Assembly (NCBI GenBank): GCA_964019335.1
Contig: OZ025713.1
Location: 62,001-126,000 of the forward strand
Length of the DNA: 64,000 bases
Source: Diplonema japonicum
Taxonomy: Eukaryota; Protista; Euglenozoa: Diplonemea
Reading direction: 5' to 3'
Numbering within the stretch: position 1 is the stretch's first letter; the number at the start of each line of letters is the position of its first letter. Positions 12,200 through 23,721 of this stretch are shown piece by piece. Both the position numbers and the translations under genes were made by a program. Below the pieces are notes generated by a model. The model ran no database searches and was not told the DNA's origin. It was given only the letters and a program-made list of their open reading frames with translations.

Positions 12200-13162
12200 G
12201 TGGAAAGAAAAAAAAAGAAAACACCTAAGAAGTTGAATGGATGAAGAAGAAACATACAGAAAAAAAAAACCACCCCCTGGTAGCCCAGGTCAATTATTTG
12301 CAGGTAACAGGGTAGATTTCGAGAGAGGTAAACGGCCCATACGTTGCAAAAGGGGATGGAAAAGAAAAAAAGAAATGAATTTAAGCAAGGTGGGAGAAGG
12401 GAGGACAAACAAAAAAAGAAACAAAAAAAAAAACCAAACAAACTTATTTATTTTGGAAAAAGAAAGGGAAAAAAAACCTTTTTTTTGAATATCGGTATCA
12501 CAAAATTAAAAAAGAAAAGGGTCAAAATCAATAACACCGGAAATCACTAAACCATGAGAGAGAATGTATCACGAATTGCTCTCACAGAAAGCGAAAAAAA
12601 AAAAATAAAAATAAAAAAAGTGACCCCTTCTAAAAATCTTGCGATAAGATTCAACTGACTGTTGCCGTGATACCAAAACAAAATAGCTTGTAAAGGGAGA
12701 AAAAAAGAAAAGAAAAAAAAAGAAAAAGAAAAAAGAAGCCCTCCTAGCTGATTGACTCCGACTTTCCTTACGGCAGAGCACGGTAGGATGCAACAAACAA
12801 AAAGAATTCTGAATTCTCAAAATGTTCACCACCTGCAAGAGAAAGAATAAAAAAGCTGCTTTTTTAAAAGGCATGCATAGTGGTATTAAACCAGGTTTAC
12901 CCCCCAGTGAGTTGGGGGTGCATCGGCCCCTTTACCGCAACCTCTTCATCTTTCTTCTTTTTTTATAATTGCCGGGGGGGCGGGCTTTCAAAGTGTGGAA
13001 GAAAAAGAGAAAAAAATAAAGTACTGGTCTTCACTTTATACCACGCAGGGTGGCATAACGGACCCCCCCCTTAGGAGTTTTGCACCTTGTGATGTCTTCT
13101 ACCCGGCTCTCTCGCCAAAAAAAAAAATTGTTGGTGAACCCTACAGAATGTGTTACATAATG

Positions 13163-13195
<33 letters not shown>

Positions 13196-13210
13196 AATTG
13201 GCCAGTGTTT

Positions 13211-13295
13211 GTACCGGGTAAAATCTGTCAACCCGAAACACGTTGCCAACATTCCCTTTTTGTATAGTCTTGAACGAGTCAAAGACGTCGTTCTT

Positions 13296-13297
<2 letters not shown>
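13211..13297. repeat. Dispersed ~90 bp repeat, family G (also ~15149-15230, 34186-34210, 34291-34380, 56654-56745)
   Basis: Shared cgggtaaaa..cccgaaacacgttgccaac..cccttttg..agtcaaagac.cgttcttgc, then an A-run. Confidence 0.7.
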
Positions 13298-13332
<35 letters not shown>

Positions 13333-14137
13333 CATACTGTAAAACGAAAAAACTCCGAGTTTTCTTGGCGTCCGGGGGTTTTTCAGTCCGGGAATTTTCT
13401 AAAAACAAAAAGGAAGAGACAAGCTTCGTAACCCAGATACCGTAGTGTATCATAATTAGCCCAATGATAGTGCGAGCATTCGGAAGAGGTGGGCGCGGGT
13501 GCTTGACCCCAACGGCAAATATTCCAGACCAATTCCGGCCTTACTTTTATGGGTGTCGATTATGGACCTGAAAAGGTGTAAAAAAGCTTCCTCCCGGGAG
13601 TCTTTCCGACATTATTTGTTTTACAGTATTTTGTTCTTTTTCTTTTTTTTTCTTTTTCTTCTTTCCATTTTTATCTGTTATTCTTCCACTGGCACACCGT
13701 CACCCATACTTTTAATAAAAAGATGTTTCGGCAGACAGAGGAATAAACATAAGAGAAGTTTAACAAACAAAAAAAAAGGAGTTAGGGGCTTTTTTAAAAA
13801 AAAAAGAGGGTGAAACAGTGTTCTATTTTCTAACTCGGGTGAGTTAAACTATGGCCTCATTTGGCGGTAAGCATGTTGGTTTTTTCTTCTTTCTTTCTTT
13901 TCTTTTCTTAACATCCTTTGGTCACGGCTAAAGGCGCAAAAAAAAAGAAAAAAAGAAAAGAATTACTGCAACCTTTGCGCAGCAGCACACAACCTTTTGA
14001 CGCATAAGGAATATTTTCCCTTTCCTTTTTTCTTTTCTCTTTTTGACTTATGTCGTATGACAAAATGGTTTTAACATTTTTCTTGCATAATGGTAACAAA
14101 ATTGTGGGTAAAAGAACAAGTGATAATAAAAAAAAAA

Positions 14138-14179
14138 GATGTCTTTGAAGGGAACCTGCAGTATGTGACAGGATCGCCT
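14138..14179 (-). mobile_element. Orphan LINE 3'-terminal stem-loop, family A
   Basis: Matches 3265-3305. T-run follows on the minus strand. Confidence 0.75.
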
Positions 14180-14204
14180 AACCAGGAGAACAAGATGAAG
14201 AGAG

Positions 14205-14258
<54 letters not shown>

Positions 14259-14376
14259 AAGAACTTTACCCACATCGTAAGAGTAGCCCACTTGCAAGAT
14301 ACTTCATTTCCCTTCCTTCCTTTCTTTTTTTTTTTTTTTTTTTTTTTTTTTCTCTCTTCATCTTGTTCTCCTGGTT
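14180..14376. repeat. Perfect 25-bp inverted repeat extended by A/T runs
   Basis: aaccaggagaacaagatgaagagag (14180-14204) + A-run versus T-run + ctctcttcatcttgttctcctggtt (14352-14376). Confidence 0.9.
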
Positions 14377-14585
14377 TCCGAGGACAGTAAAAGCACGCCA
14401 GTACCAGAAATAGTTGCCACTAGCACCGCACCCATAGCTGAAGCTCCTAGCGCTAGGAGAAGGCTGTTCTGTTGATCACATGGCACTTTCTCCTCTAGCA
14501 CATGTGCTGCTGTGTTATTCCCGGTCGTTGCCGTCCGTGCTACCGCCAGAATAGCGAAAGACAGCATAAGGATCACTCTCAGCAT
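14358..14585 (-). CDS. 75-aa micro membrane protein (signal peptide, short ectodomain, TM)
   Basis: MLRVILMLSFAILAVA signal-like start. LLLALGASAMGAVLVATISGTGVLLL TM. A-run before the ATG. Confidence 0.55.
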   Translation of the reverse strand: MLRVILMLSFAILAVARTATTGNNTAAHVLEEKVPCDQQNSLLLALGASAMGAVLVATISGTGVLLLSSETRRTR

Positions 14586-15105
14586 TTTTTTTTTGTTTTT
14601 TTTGTTGTTGTTGTTGTTGTTATATATCTGTGGGGGGGGGGGGGGGGGAATATCATTTTTCGTTGTTAAAGTAGTTCGGTTTTCCGAAATATAAAAAAAA
14701 AAAGAAAAAAAAAGAAAAAAAAACCAAGAGATAGAGGTAAAAACAGGGGGTGTAAAAAAAAAAGCCAACATTTGAACGAAACTTTCTTTATTCTTTTTCT
14801 TTCTTTTTTCGCGGTTATCCGGAATGTTGGTGTTGTTAGATGGAAAAAGATAGCTCTTGAAAAGAGAGGCAGTTTCTGAGACTGGGGGCTTTTCTTAACG
14901 CAATCACAAATTAACGACATGCGCCTTTACCTGTGGAACAAAGCTGCTTCCTTGTCGGTAGGTAAAGTGATTTCTTTTTTCTTACAGCGTAGAATTGTAA
15001 TCACAGGAGTTTTTTGATCTTTGTTTGTTTTGTGGCACACACAAAAGAAGAACCTTTTTTATCATGAGAGGGAGGTATAAAAAGAGATTATTATTGTAAG
15101 CGGAT

Positions 15106-15140
<35 letters not shown>

Positions 15141-15338
15141 GGAACTAGCCGTTGGTAGTACGTTCTGGGGTATAAAAAGCTGGAGAGAAGTTTTAATTAA
15201 AAACCCGTAAAAAAAACATATGTTTCCATTACTTACTGTATATTTCTTTCTTTTTTTTTTTCCTTCTTTTTCCCCCCGGGGGTTATCGCCACAGCAAAAA
15301 GAAGAAAGAACGAAAAAACAAAAAAATAATTCTTTATG

Positions 15339-15462
15339 ACTATATGTCTTTGTTGTTCGCACGAGCAAAAAAAGGTTTTTTAAAAAGCTGCGAAAGTTTT
15401 TTGCTCGGCACAAGTTGCATATAGTTATAAAATCATTTTTTTGAAAGATAAATATTTGTAAC
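15339..15462. repeat. Dispersed self-complementary repeat, family E (also 22830-22956, 24126-24247)
   Basis: Near-identical ~125 bp unit with ctatatg/catatag, cgagcaaaaa/tttttgctcg and ttcgca/tgcgaa complementarities. Confidence 0.85.
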
Positions 15463-15502
15463 AAAAAAAAAAAAAAAAAAAAAAAAAAACAATTACCCTC
15501 CC

Positions 15503-18500
15503 TTAAACAACTTTGATTACCTCTAACTCGTCACAAAACGGAGAGCCACTGTTACCATAAGGCTTCGCAGCGGTTATGTTCACCCCTCTACAAGATGGGG
15601 TATCAAAGGGAGGCGTGCTTGGTGGAGTAGCAAACGGGTGGTGGTCCAACCTACCTGAAGCATTCTCTGCCTCATCGTCAGGTCTACCTTTATCCTCGAA
15701 GTTTTGTAAAGTTGCAGGAGACTGCTGCCCTAGTTCAGATTCGGTGGGAGGCATCATTCTCAATAAAGATTTGTTTCTATTCATATAAAAGAGACCCACT
15801 CCAACTACCGCACCAAGTACAATAGCACCTGCACTTGAAGCAAGAATAGTGATTAGCATTTTTTCTTGGTTAGAATTCCCAGTGGATTTGTTATCTCTGG
15901 AGACAAAACTTACGTTTCCGCACTCGAGCATCGCCTTCCACCTCTGCAGGTTGTCCTCGACGAAGCGCCTTCCCAGCTGTTCATGCCCTGACAGCTCGCT
16001 CACCGTGTTCTCACCGCCCACGCTGTACATACCTGTTTCCGTGTCGAAGCTGAAGATCGTCCCGAAGCTCCCGAACCACCTACCTTCCTTGTTCTTCTCC
16101 TCGTACCCCCACTTCCATGTTCCCTCACCTGTGAACCTTCCTGACCCGAAGTATCTTGCTGTTGGGAGGAACCCGACACCTTCTCCTTCTCCAACAGTTG
16201 CCGACATGAACTTCCCTATCATCGTCTCCCCGAGTACTTGGTTCCCGTTCCCACCGCTGCCCTTTCGCACCACTGCCTGAAGGAACTTCGCGAAGTCTTC
16301 GAAGGTCATCATGGCCCCTTCCCCGAAGCCAGACACACCAGGGTACGCCGCGTCACCAGACACCTCGAACGGGAACTCCCCCATCAGGTTCCACATGGAG
16401 GCGTCCCATGTCGACACATCGCTTGCCCACTGGTTCCCGAAGAAGATCTCCGCCACGTCCCCTTTCGGTGAGGTCCCAGTGCGGAGCCAGCTCATGAAGG
16501 CACTGTCCATCCCGAGCTTGCTCCACACCTTCTCCCTCATCAGGGTCTCAGCATCCTTGTTGTACGCCTTCGCAAGGGCCATCCCGATCACGTCGTAGTC
16601 GTAGCCGTAGTAGGACCTCTCACCTGGCTGCGAGATCAGAGGGATCTTCGGCCTGCACCCGAGCCAGTCAGCCGCCCTCACAAGCTTCCCACCGTTTGCT
16701 GTTGTCATCGCACCAGAACACTTGTCAGAAGCAAGCTTGGGAAGGACACCGTCAGCAGGGGATATCGTTGCAGCATCCTTCAAGGTTCCCATCCCGAACT
16801 GGGAGTTGCTGAAGCCACACTTCATCCCAAGACAGTCCCAGAAGGTGAGCTCCCTCTCAACAGGTACCGTCACAGTGGTCTCGTTCACAATATCAACAGC
16901 AGTGAGCTTGGAGGCGGCCAGTTCAGGGATGAACTTCGAGATGGGGTCAGAGGGCTTCACCACACCTTCCTCGAAGGCAATAGCAGTGAGCATCCCTGAC
17001 ATGATCTTGGTCATCCCACCCATGCGGTAGATCGTCGATGGGGACACCTTCTTCCCCTTCGATGCGAACCCTGTGGCAAATGCTGCCTGCTTCCCACTTT
17101 TAGCATTGCCAAGAATAAGCTTCACCCCCCTGTCGTTGTTGGCCTTCGACCAGTCGTCGAACTCCTTCTGGATCTTCTGCACTGTCTCTGTCTTGTACAC
17201 GGGCCTGGGTGTCGGGAGGGGATCAGCAGAAGCCCCCTTTGCAAGGCGCGACATCCACCTGTTGAAGTTCTTCTTCACGAAGTCCGCACCCGCCTGCTCC
17301 ACACCGCTCTGCGCCAGGACAGTGTTCTCCCCTCCAACTCCGTACAGCCCGCTCTCAACGTCGAACTTGAACACCGTCCCGAACGCACCTTCCCACTGCC
17401 CGCCAAGCTCGCCCCCTTCGTTGAAGTAGCTCCTGCTGGGAAGGCCATCCTTCGACTCCAGTCGCTCTTCCTTCTTCCCTGCGAAGCCCCACTTCCAGGT
17501 GCTCTGGTCGGAGAAGCTGCCTGTCCCGTCCACGTAGCGCCCTGCAGGGACGAACCCCATCCCTTCGTCGCTGTTCACAGTCGGTGACATGAACCACTTC
17601 CACACCGTCTCCCCGAGTACTCGGTTCCCGTTCCCACCGCTGCCCTTTCGCACCACCGCCTGAAGGAACTTCGCGAAGTCCTCGAAGGTCATCATGGCCC
17701 CTTCCCCGAAGCCAGACACACCAGGGTACGCCGCGTCACCAGACACCTCGAACGGGAACTCCCCCATCAGGTTCCACATGGAGGCGTCCCATGTCGACAC
17801 ATCGCTTGCCCACTGGTTCCCGAAGAAGATCTCCGCCACGTCCCCTTTCGGTGAGGTCCCAGTGCGGAGCCAGCTCATGAAGGCACTGTCCATCCCGAGC
17901 TTGCTCCACACCTTCTCCCTCATCAGGGTCTCAGCATCCTTGTTGTACGCCTTCGCAAGGGCCATCCCGATCACGTCGTAGTCGTAGCCATAGTAGGACC
18001 TCTCACCTGGCTGCGAGATCAGAGGGATCTTCGGCCTGCACCCGAGCCAGTCAGCCGCCCTCACGAGCTTCCCACCGTTTGCTGTTGTCATCGCACCAGA
18101 ACACTTGTCAGAAGCAAGCTTGGGAAGGACACCGTCAGCAGGGGATATCGTTGCAGCATCCTTCAAGGTTCCCATCCCGAACTGGGAGTTGCTGAAGCCA
18201 CACTTCATCCCAAGACAGTCCCAGAAGGTGAGCTCCCTCTCAACAGGTGTCGTCACAGTGGTCCCGTTCACAGAAGAGACAGCAGTGAGCTTGGAGGCGG
18301 CCAGTTCAGGGATGAACTTCGAGATGGGGTCAGAGGGCTTCACCACACCTTCCTCAAAGGCAATAGCAGTGAGCATCCCTGACATGATCTTGGTCATCCC
18401 ACCCATGCGGTAGATCGTAGACGTCGACACCTTCTTCCCCTTCGATGCGAACCCTGCCCCGAAGGCCTGTTGCTCACCTGTTTTCGCGTTCCCGACCACC

Positions 18501-20214
18501 AGCTTCACCCCCCTGTCGTTGTTGGCCTTCGACCAGTCGTCGAATTCCTTCTGGATCTCAGCCACAACAGAGGAATCGAAGCTCACCGGGGAGGGGGGAA
18601 CAGAGAGAACTGCCTGTGCCTCACCTTGCATAAGGGTTGCGACCCACCTGTTGAAGTTCTTCTTCACGAAAATCGCTCCGAGCTGCTTGCTGCCGCTCTG
18701 TGCCAGGACAGTGTTCTCCCCTCCCACTCCGTACAGCCCGCTCTCGACGTCGAACTGTGGTGTGTGTGGTGGAAATTTAAGGTGGAAAATGGATGGAAGA
18801 AAAGACAAAAGAGGGAAAAAGACTTGATCACACACCTTAAACATGGTCCCGAAGCTCCCTGTCCACTGGCCAACAGACGTGCTCGACTCCGAGTAAGGGA
18901 AGGAAGGTGCCCCAGACATGTCGTTCTGCGAGCCCTCACGACGCCCGGAGAAGCCCCACCTGAGGGGAAGAAAGAAATGGAAGTTTATGGTTTGACTAAA
19001 GAAATCACACACCTCCACTCGCTCTGCTTGGAGAAGTCCCCTGCTGTGTCCATGTACCTGAAGGGAGGGAGGAAGCCCATCCCTTCATCTTCCCTCACAG
19101 TTGGTGACATGAACCTCTTCCACGTCGTCTCGCACGCCACCTCTGCCCCGTTGCTGCCGGTCCCCTTTTGCACCACCGCCTGAAGGAACTTCGCGAAGTC
19201 CTCGAAGGTCATCATGGCCCCTTCCCCGAAGCCAGACACACCAGGGTACGCCGCGTCACCAGACACCTCGAACGGGAACTCCCCCATCAGGTTCCACATG
19301 GAGGCGTCCCATGTCGACACATCGCTTGCCCACATGTTCTGTCCAGCCCGCATCCCTGCAGGGACTGTCCCGCTGGGGAACGATGCCGCAGGAGGGACCT
19401 TGAAGAACAGGTCCGCCACGTCCCCTTTCGGTGAGGTCCCTGTGCGGAGCCAGCTCATGAAGGCACTGTCCATCCCGAGCTTGCTCCACACCTTCTCCCT
19501 CATCAGGGTCTCAGCATCCTTGTTGTACGCCTTCGCAAGGGCCATCCCGATCACGTCGTAGTCGTAGCCGTAGTAGGACCTCTCACCTGGCTGCGAGATC
19601 AGAGGGATCTTCGGCCTGCACCCGAGCCAGTCGGCCGCCCTCACGAGCTTCCCACCGTTTGCTGTTGTCATCGCACCAGAACACTTGTCAGAAGCAAGCT
19701 TGGGAAGGACACCGTCAGCAGGTGATATCGTTGCAGCATCCTTCAAGGTTCCCATCCCGAACTGGGAGTTGCTGAAGCCACACTTCATCCCAAGACAGTC
19801 CCAGAAGGTGAGCTCCCTCTCAACAGGTGTCGTCACAGTTGCCCCGTTCACAGAAGAGACAGCAGTGAGCTTGGAGGCGGCCAGTTCAGGGATGAACTTC
19901 GAGATGGGGTCAGAGGGCTTCACCACACCTTCCTCAAAGGCAATAGCAGTGAGCATCCCTGACATGATCTTGGTCATCCCACCCATGCGGTAGATCGTCG
20001 ATGGGGACACCTTCTTCCCCTTCGATGCGAACCCTGCCTCGAATGTCTGCTGCTCACCCGTCTTCGCGTTCCCGACGATGAGCTTCACCCCCCTGTCGTT
20101 GTTGGCCTTCGACCAGTCGTCGAACTCCTTCTGGATCGCCGCGATCTTGCTGGTGTCGAAGGACTGCCCTGCAGCCAGCGCCGCAAGAGCAAGCCATATG
20201 AAGGCTCGTTGCAT
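15503..20214 (-). CDS. Triple beta-lactamase/PBP-fold type-I membrane protein, copy 3 (about 1525 aa); introns 18960-19012 and 18755-18835
   Basis: Spliced length 4578 nt is in frame. Same ectodomain as copy 2, with a different TM and tail after WKAMLEC. Confidence 0.88.
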
Positions 20215-20786
20215 TTTGAAGTTGCTTAATCTGAAAGGGAAATGAGAATTGGTAGGCAATGCTGGCAAGCAATGGAAAGGAAATTGTAGTTTCAGAGTGC
20301 AGGGGAGTGGACTACAGAAGCTACTAACGCAGGAAACCTACCGAAAGAGGAGATCTCTTAGAGAAAAATGTCACACAACTTGTGATCTTCGGTCTCAAGT
20401 CAAAAAAAAGAGAAGATTAAAGAATTTGTTCGGCCACAAAAAGAGCATTTTTTAACCGAGTTGCATAAAAAATATAGACGAAAATAATAAAAAGAAGAGA
20501 GAAAAACGTAATCACAGAAGCACAGTTAGAAGGTTGCGATGTATCACCATGACAGAGAGGCCCCGTCCGGTGATGCTTCGAAAACGAATTTCCAAATAAA
20601 AAGTTGTGGTCCCCACAGGCTAGTCACTGTCAGAGTCCTTGCCGATTTGTTCATCCGGCCATTAAAATGGCTCCTTACCGGTTTTTAAGAGTCATGCTGC
20701 GCTATTTGTTCATCGGAAGAAATATATATAAAAGAGCAAAACGAAAAAGAGAAGCAGTATTGCGAAGCCTGCACCGTGGAAACTAA

Positions 20787-21386
20787 CTACTGACCAAAAG
20801 AGGGTGCGCCAGAGGTGAGGTAAGCCTTCTCCTCGGCGGTTGTTGGGCGGCCGATGATTTTATTTCTGTGCGGGAAACGACCAAAGCGCTTCACAATGTC
20901 GTAGTGCTGCACAGCATAGTCGTAGGAGCCATCAAGGGACTTCTTGTGGTCGGGGAAGCGTTCCGCAAGGTTCTTGTAAACAAGCAGGGACTGCTCCTGG
21001 TCGGCAAGGTCCTCGCTGTGCTCCAAGGGGAGGTAGAAGAAGGTGCCGTACACAGCTGGAATCTCGAGGTCCCATCCTTTCTCGATTCCTTCTTTGCAGG
21101 CGGACAATGCCAAGCTGTCCCCAGAGAAGGCCTCTGGTAGCCCCCTGTGCACCACGCGGGTCATCTGGTCGAGCAACAGGATGTACGCCATCATCGACTC
21201 CTTCTCCTTGCGCCACTCCTGAAGCCCGCCTGAAACGGCTTCATCCACCAGCGACTTGAACTCCGTCTTCATGAAGTCGTCGTCCTCCTTGCGGCCGAAG
21301 AACCACAACGCCATGCGGTCCTCCACTGACCACCCGTTCCTCACGGTTCCGAACCAGTAGTCGAGGACAGGCTGGTAGTCACGCAT
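20787..21386 (-). CDS. DUF924 family protein, copy 2
   Basis: One amino-acid difference (K3D) from 2521..3120. Confidence 0.9.
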   Translation of the reverse strand: MRDYQPVLDYWFGTVRNGWSVEDRMALWFFGRKEDDDFMKTEFKSLVDEAVSGGLQEWRKEKESMMAYILLLDQMTRVVHRGLPEAFSGDSLALSACKEGIEKGWDLEIPAVYGTFFYLPLEHSEDLADQEQSLLVYKNLAERFPDHKKSLDGSYDYAVQHYDIVKRFGRFPHRNKIIGRPTTAEEKAYLTSGAPSFGQ

Positions 21387-21561
21387 TGTTTTTCTTTTTT
21401 TCAGATAGGTGAGGGGAAAAAAAAAAAAAAAAAAAAAAACCTTTTTTTCGTTGTTAAAGATGCGGTGCTAGAAAAAATAAAATAAAAAAGAGAAAAAAAA
21501 AAAAAACTGACAGGAACTAAGAAAAAAAAAAAAAAAGAAATATGAGGTAATGTAAATGACC

Positions 21562-22215
21562 TCAAGAGACGGTACAACAAGAGCTACTTCGAGGAGTTGA
21601 AGGCGGTGTGTGTTCCTTAGGTTCCTCGGGGTCGTCGGGGGACGGCGAAGGCACGGCCTGAACGGGATCTAGACTGATCTCTTCTATATCGTCTGTGTCA
21701 GATGAACCCAGCTCCGGGCAGGGCCGACTAAACTTGTTATCACCTAGAGAAGCTCTGGGAGAACCACGAGAAACCTTCTTATAAGTCCCATTGTTGATGT
21801 TGAGCTGGTACACGGATAGGGGGAGAATCGCTGGGGGTACTCGCCTCAGGCCTGCCTTCTCGCCGTTCGGACCTGTAGGCAAGACCATGCTCAGTCTTTG
21901 CTCGTAGGAGTCGTTCAACGCATCCTCTAGCTCAGGCGAAAAGTGGTAACCTCCCTCTTGCCTTAAAGGTTCTACTTGGTTGTAAAGAGAGGTTACCTGG
22001 CTGTTCGCCGTGAACTCATCTTTAATGTATCTTCTAATGTCATCTATACACTGGCTAACACTCGCCACGTACTTAGCGGCTGCTAAGTGAACATTTTTTA
22101 ACAGCTTTAAGCGTAAATCTTCCAAATCCTCGGTCACCTTCTCACGCGGCCACTCACCTGCGTTGAGTGATTTATCTACTAAATCAGAGTTTACTGAGTC
22201 AGCCCAACTGATCAT
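21562..22215 (-). CDS. Hypothetical protein with a C-terminal CCTVS (CaaX-like) motif
   Basis: Long open frame with coding-like composition. First ATG at 22215. Ends SSCCTVS*. Confidence 0.6.
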   Translation of the reverse strand: MISWADSVNSDLVDKSLNAGEWPREKVTEDLEDLRLKLLKNVHLAAAKYVASVSQCIDDIRRYIKDEFTANSQVTSLYNQVEPLRQEGGYHFSPELEDALNDSYEQRLSMVLPTGPNGEKAGLRRVPPAILPLSVYQLNINNGTYKKVSRGSPRASLGDNKFSRPCPELGSSDTDDIEEISLDPVQAVPSPSPDDPEEPKEHTPPSTPRSSSCCTVS

Positions 22216-22406
22216 ATGGGGGGGGGGGGGGGGGGGGGGATCTGGCACACATTTCTATTTACAAAAAAAAAAAGAAAAAAAAGAAATCTGATTGGAGAAA
22301 AAAAAAAAAGCCTTTTCTTTTTTTCGTATCTTTTCTTTTATTAATCTGCCCCATATCTTTCCTGGAAAGGAAAGCTGGAAGACAAAGGAGAGGTGAGGTG
22401 AGAACC

Positions 22407-22421
<15 letters not shown>

Positions 22422-22444
<23 letters not shown>

Positions 22445-22720
22445 TGAGTTAAAGGAAGTCTTTGTGAGACGCCCCCTTGTTCTCATCTTCTACCTGCACC
22501 TATCCCCTTTCAGCAGCGGTTTCTCCTCCTTTTGGTGGTCTTGCCGGCCTTCTCCCAGCCTGGCCGCTCTTTCTCTTCGTTCTCTTGCCCATTGTCCTTT
22601 CAACGCCTCTAGGTCATGCTTGGTCTTCGGTGATGCAAATATCGCCCTCCTGTTCCTCTTCCTCTTCTCCTTCCGCCATCGGGGGTGTGCTCCACCGTGT
22701 CCGTGCGCCATCCCCCCTGA
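22422..22720 (-). mobile_element. LINE 3' fragment, family C, with (AT)n tail
   Basis: About 210 bp nearly identical to 48517-48727. Encodes RRAIFASPKTKHDLEALK. Confidence 0.85.
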
Positions 22721-22747
22721 GATGAAAAAAAAAAAAAAAAAAAAAAA

Positions 22748-22788
22748 GATGTCTTTGAGGGAACCTGCAGTATGTGACAGGATCGCCT
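22748..22788 (-). mobile_element. Orphan LINE 3'-terminal stem-loop, family A
   Basis: Identical to 3265-3305. Confidence 0.75.
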
Positions 22789-23721
22789 GACTAACAAAAA
22801 AAAAACCAACAAAAAAAATAATTATCTAACTACGTGTCTTTGCTGTTCGCACGAGCAAAAAGAAAAAAAAAAAAAAAAAAAGTGTTTCCTAAAAAGCTGC
22901 GAAAGTCTTTTTGCTCGGCACAAGTTGCATATAGTTATAAAATTATTTCTTTTGAAAAAACGTGGAACACAAAAAAAAAAAGGAAAAAAAAAAAGTTAGA
23001 TCGGCGCATTGCAAACACCATCCAGCGGTACAACATTGTGGCAACTGAAGCTTCTTTTTCTTTTTAAATCTGACACATCTATCTTTCTTTTTCTTTTTTA
23101 AATACTCTTAGGAGGTAAAAAAAGAATTCTTTTAGTTTTCTTTGGGTGGGGGATAAAGCTATGACGAAAAAGACGGAAAAACAACTGAGAGCGGAGCAAA
23201 GGAAAAAAGAAAAAGTTTCTTTTTCTCAAAATGTGCTGAAATTCGATAAATGAGATGCTGCACTTTATGCCTAGGGGGAGGAGTGCAAAAGAACAAGAGG
23301 TAAAAAAAAAAACTTTCCTTCTCAAAAAAAGAAATTAGACCCTCCTATTTTGTTCGAATGAACTTCTCTGGCTCGCGGCGTAAGGAAAGGTTCTTTCTCT
23401 TTTTATCAGTAGACGACCGGAAAAAGAAATGAAGAGAGCGAAACTTCTGAGGTGTTGTTATCTGAAGCCCCTCGTTCTCAGTCAGCACGGGCTACGACGG
23501 TCCGCCTCTTATAAAAGGAGCACATGTGCAGAAATGAATGCTGAAAAGCGTAGAAAAAGAGGTAAAAGGGGTAGATAGATAGCCACAAGCCACCACTAGT
23601 CTTTTTTCTTTTTTTTTTTTTCTTTTTTTTTTTTTTTGCACCGCAAGGAGGGGGGTACGTTGTTGTCGTACGTACGGCTCATTGTACAGGTAACAGGTCA
23701 AAGGCCATACGTTGGAAAAAA

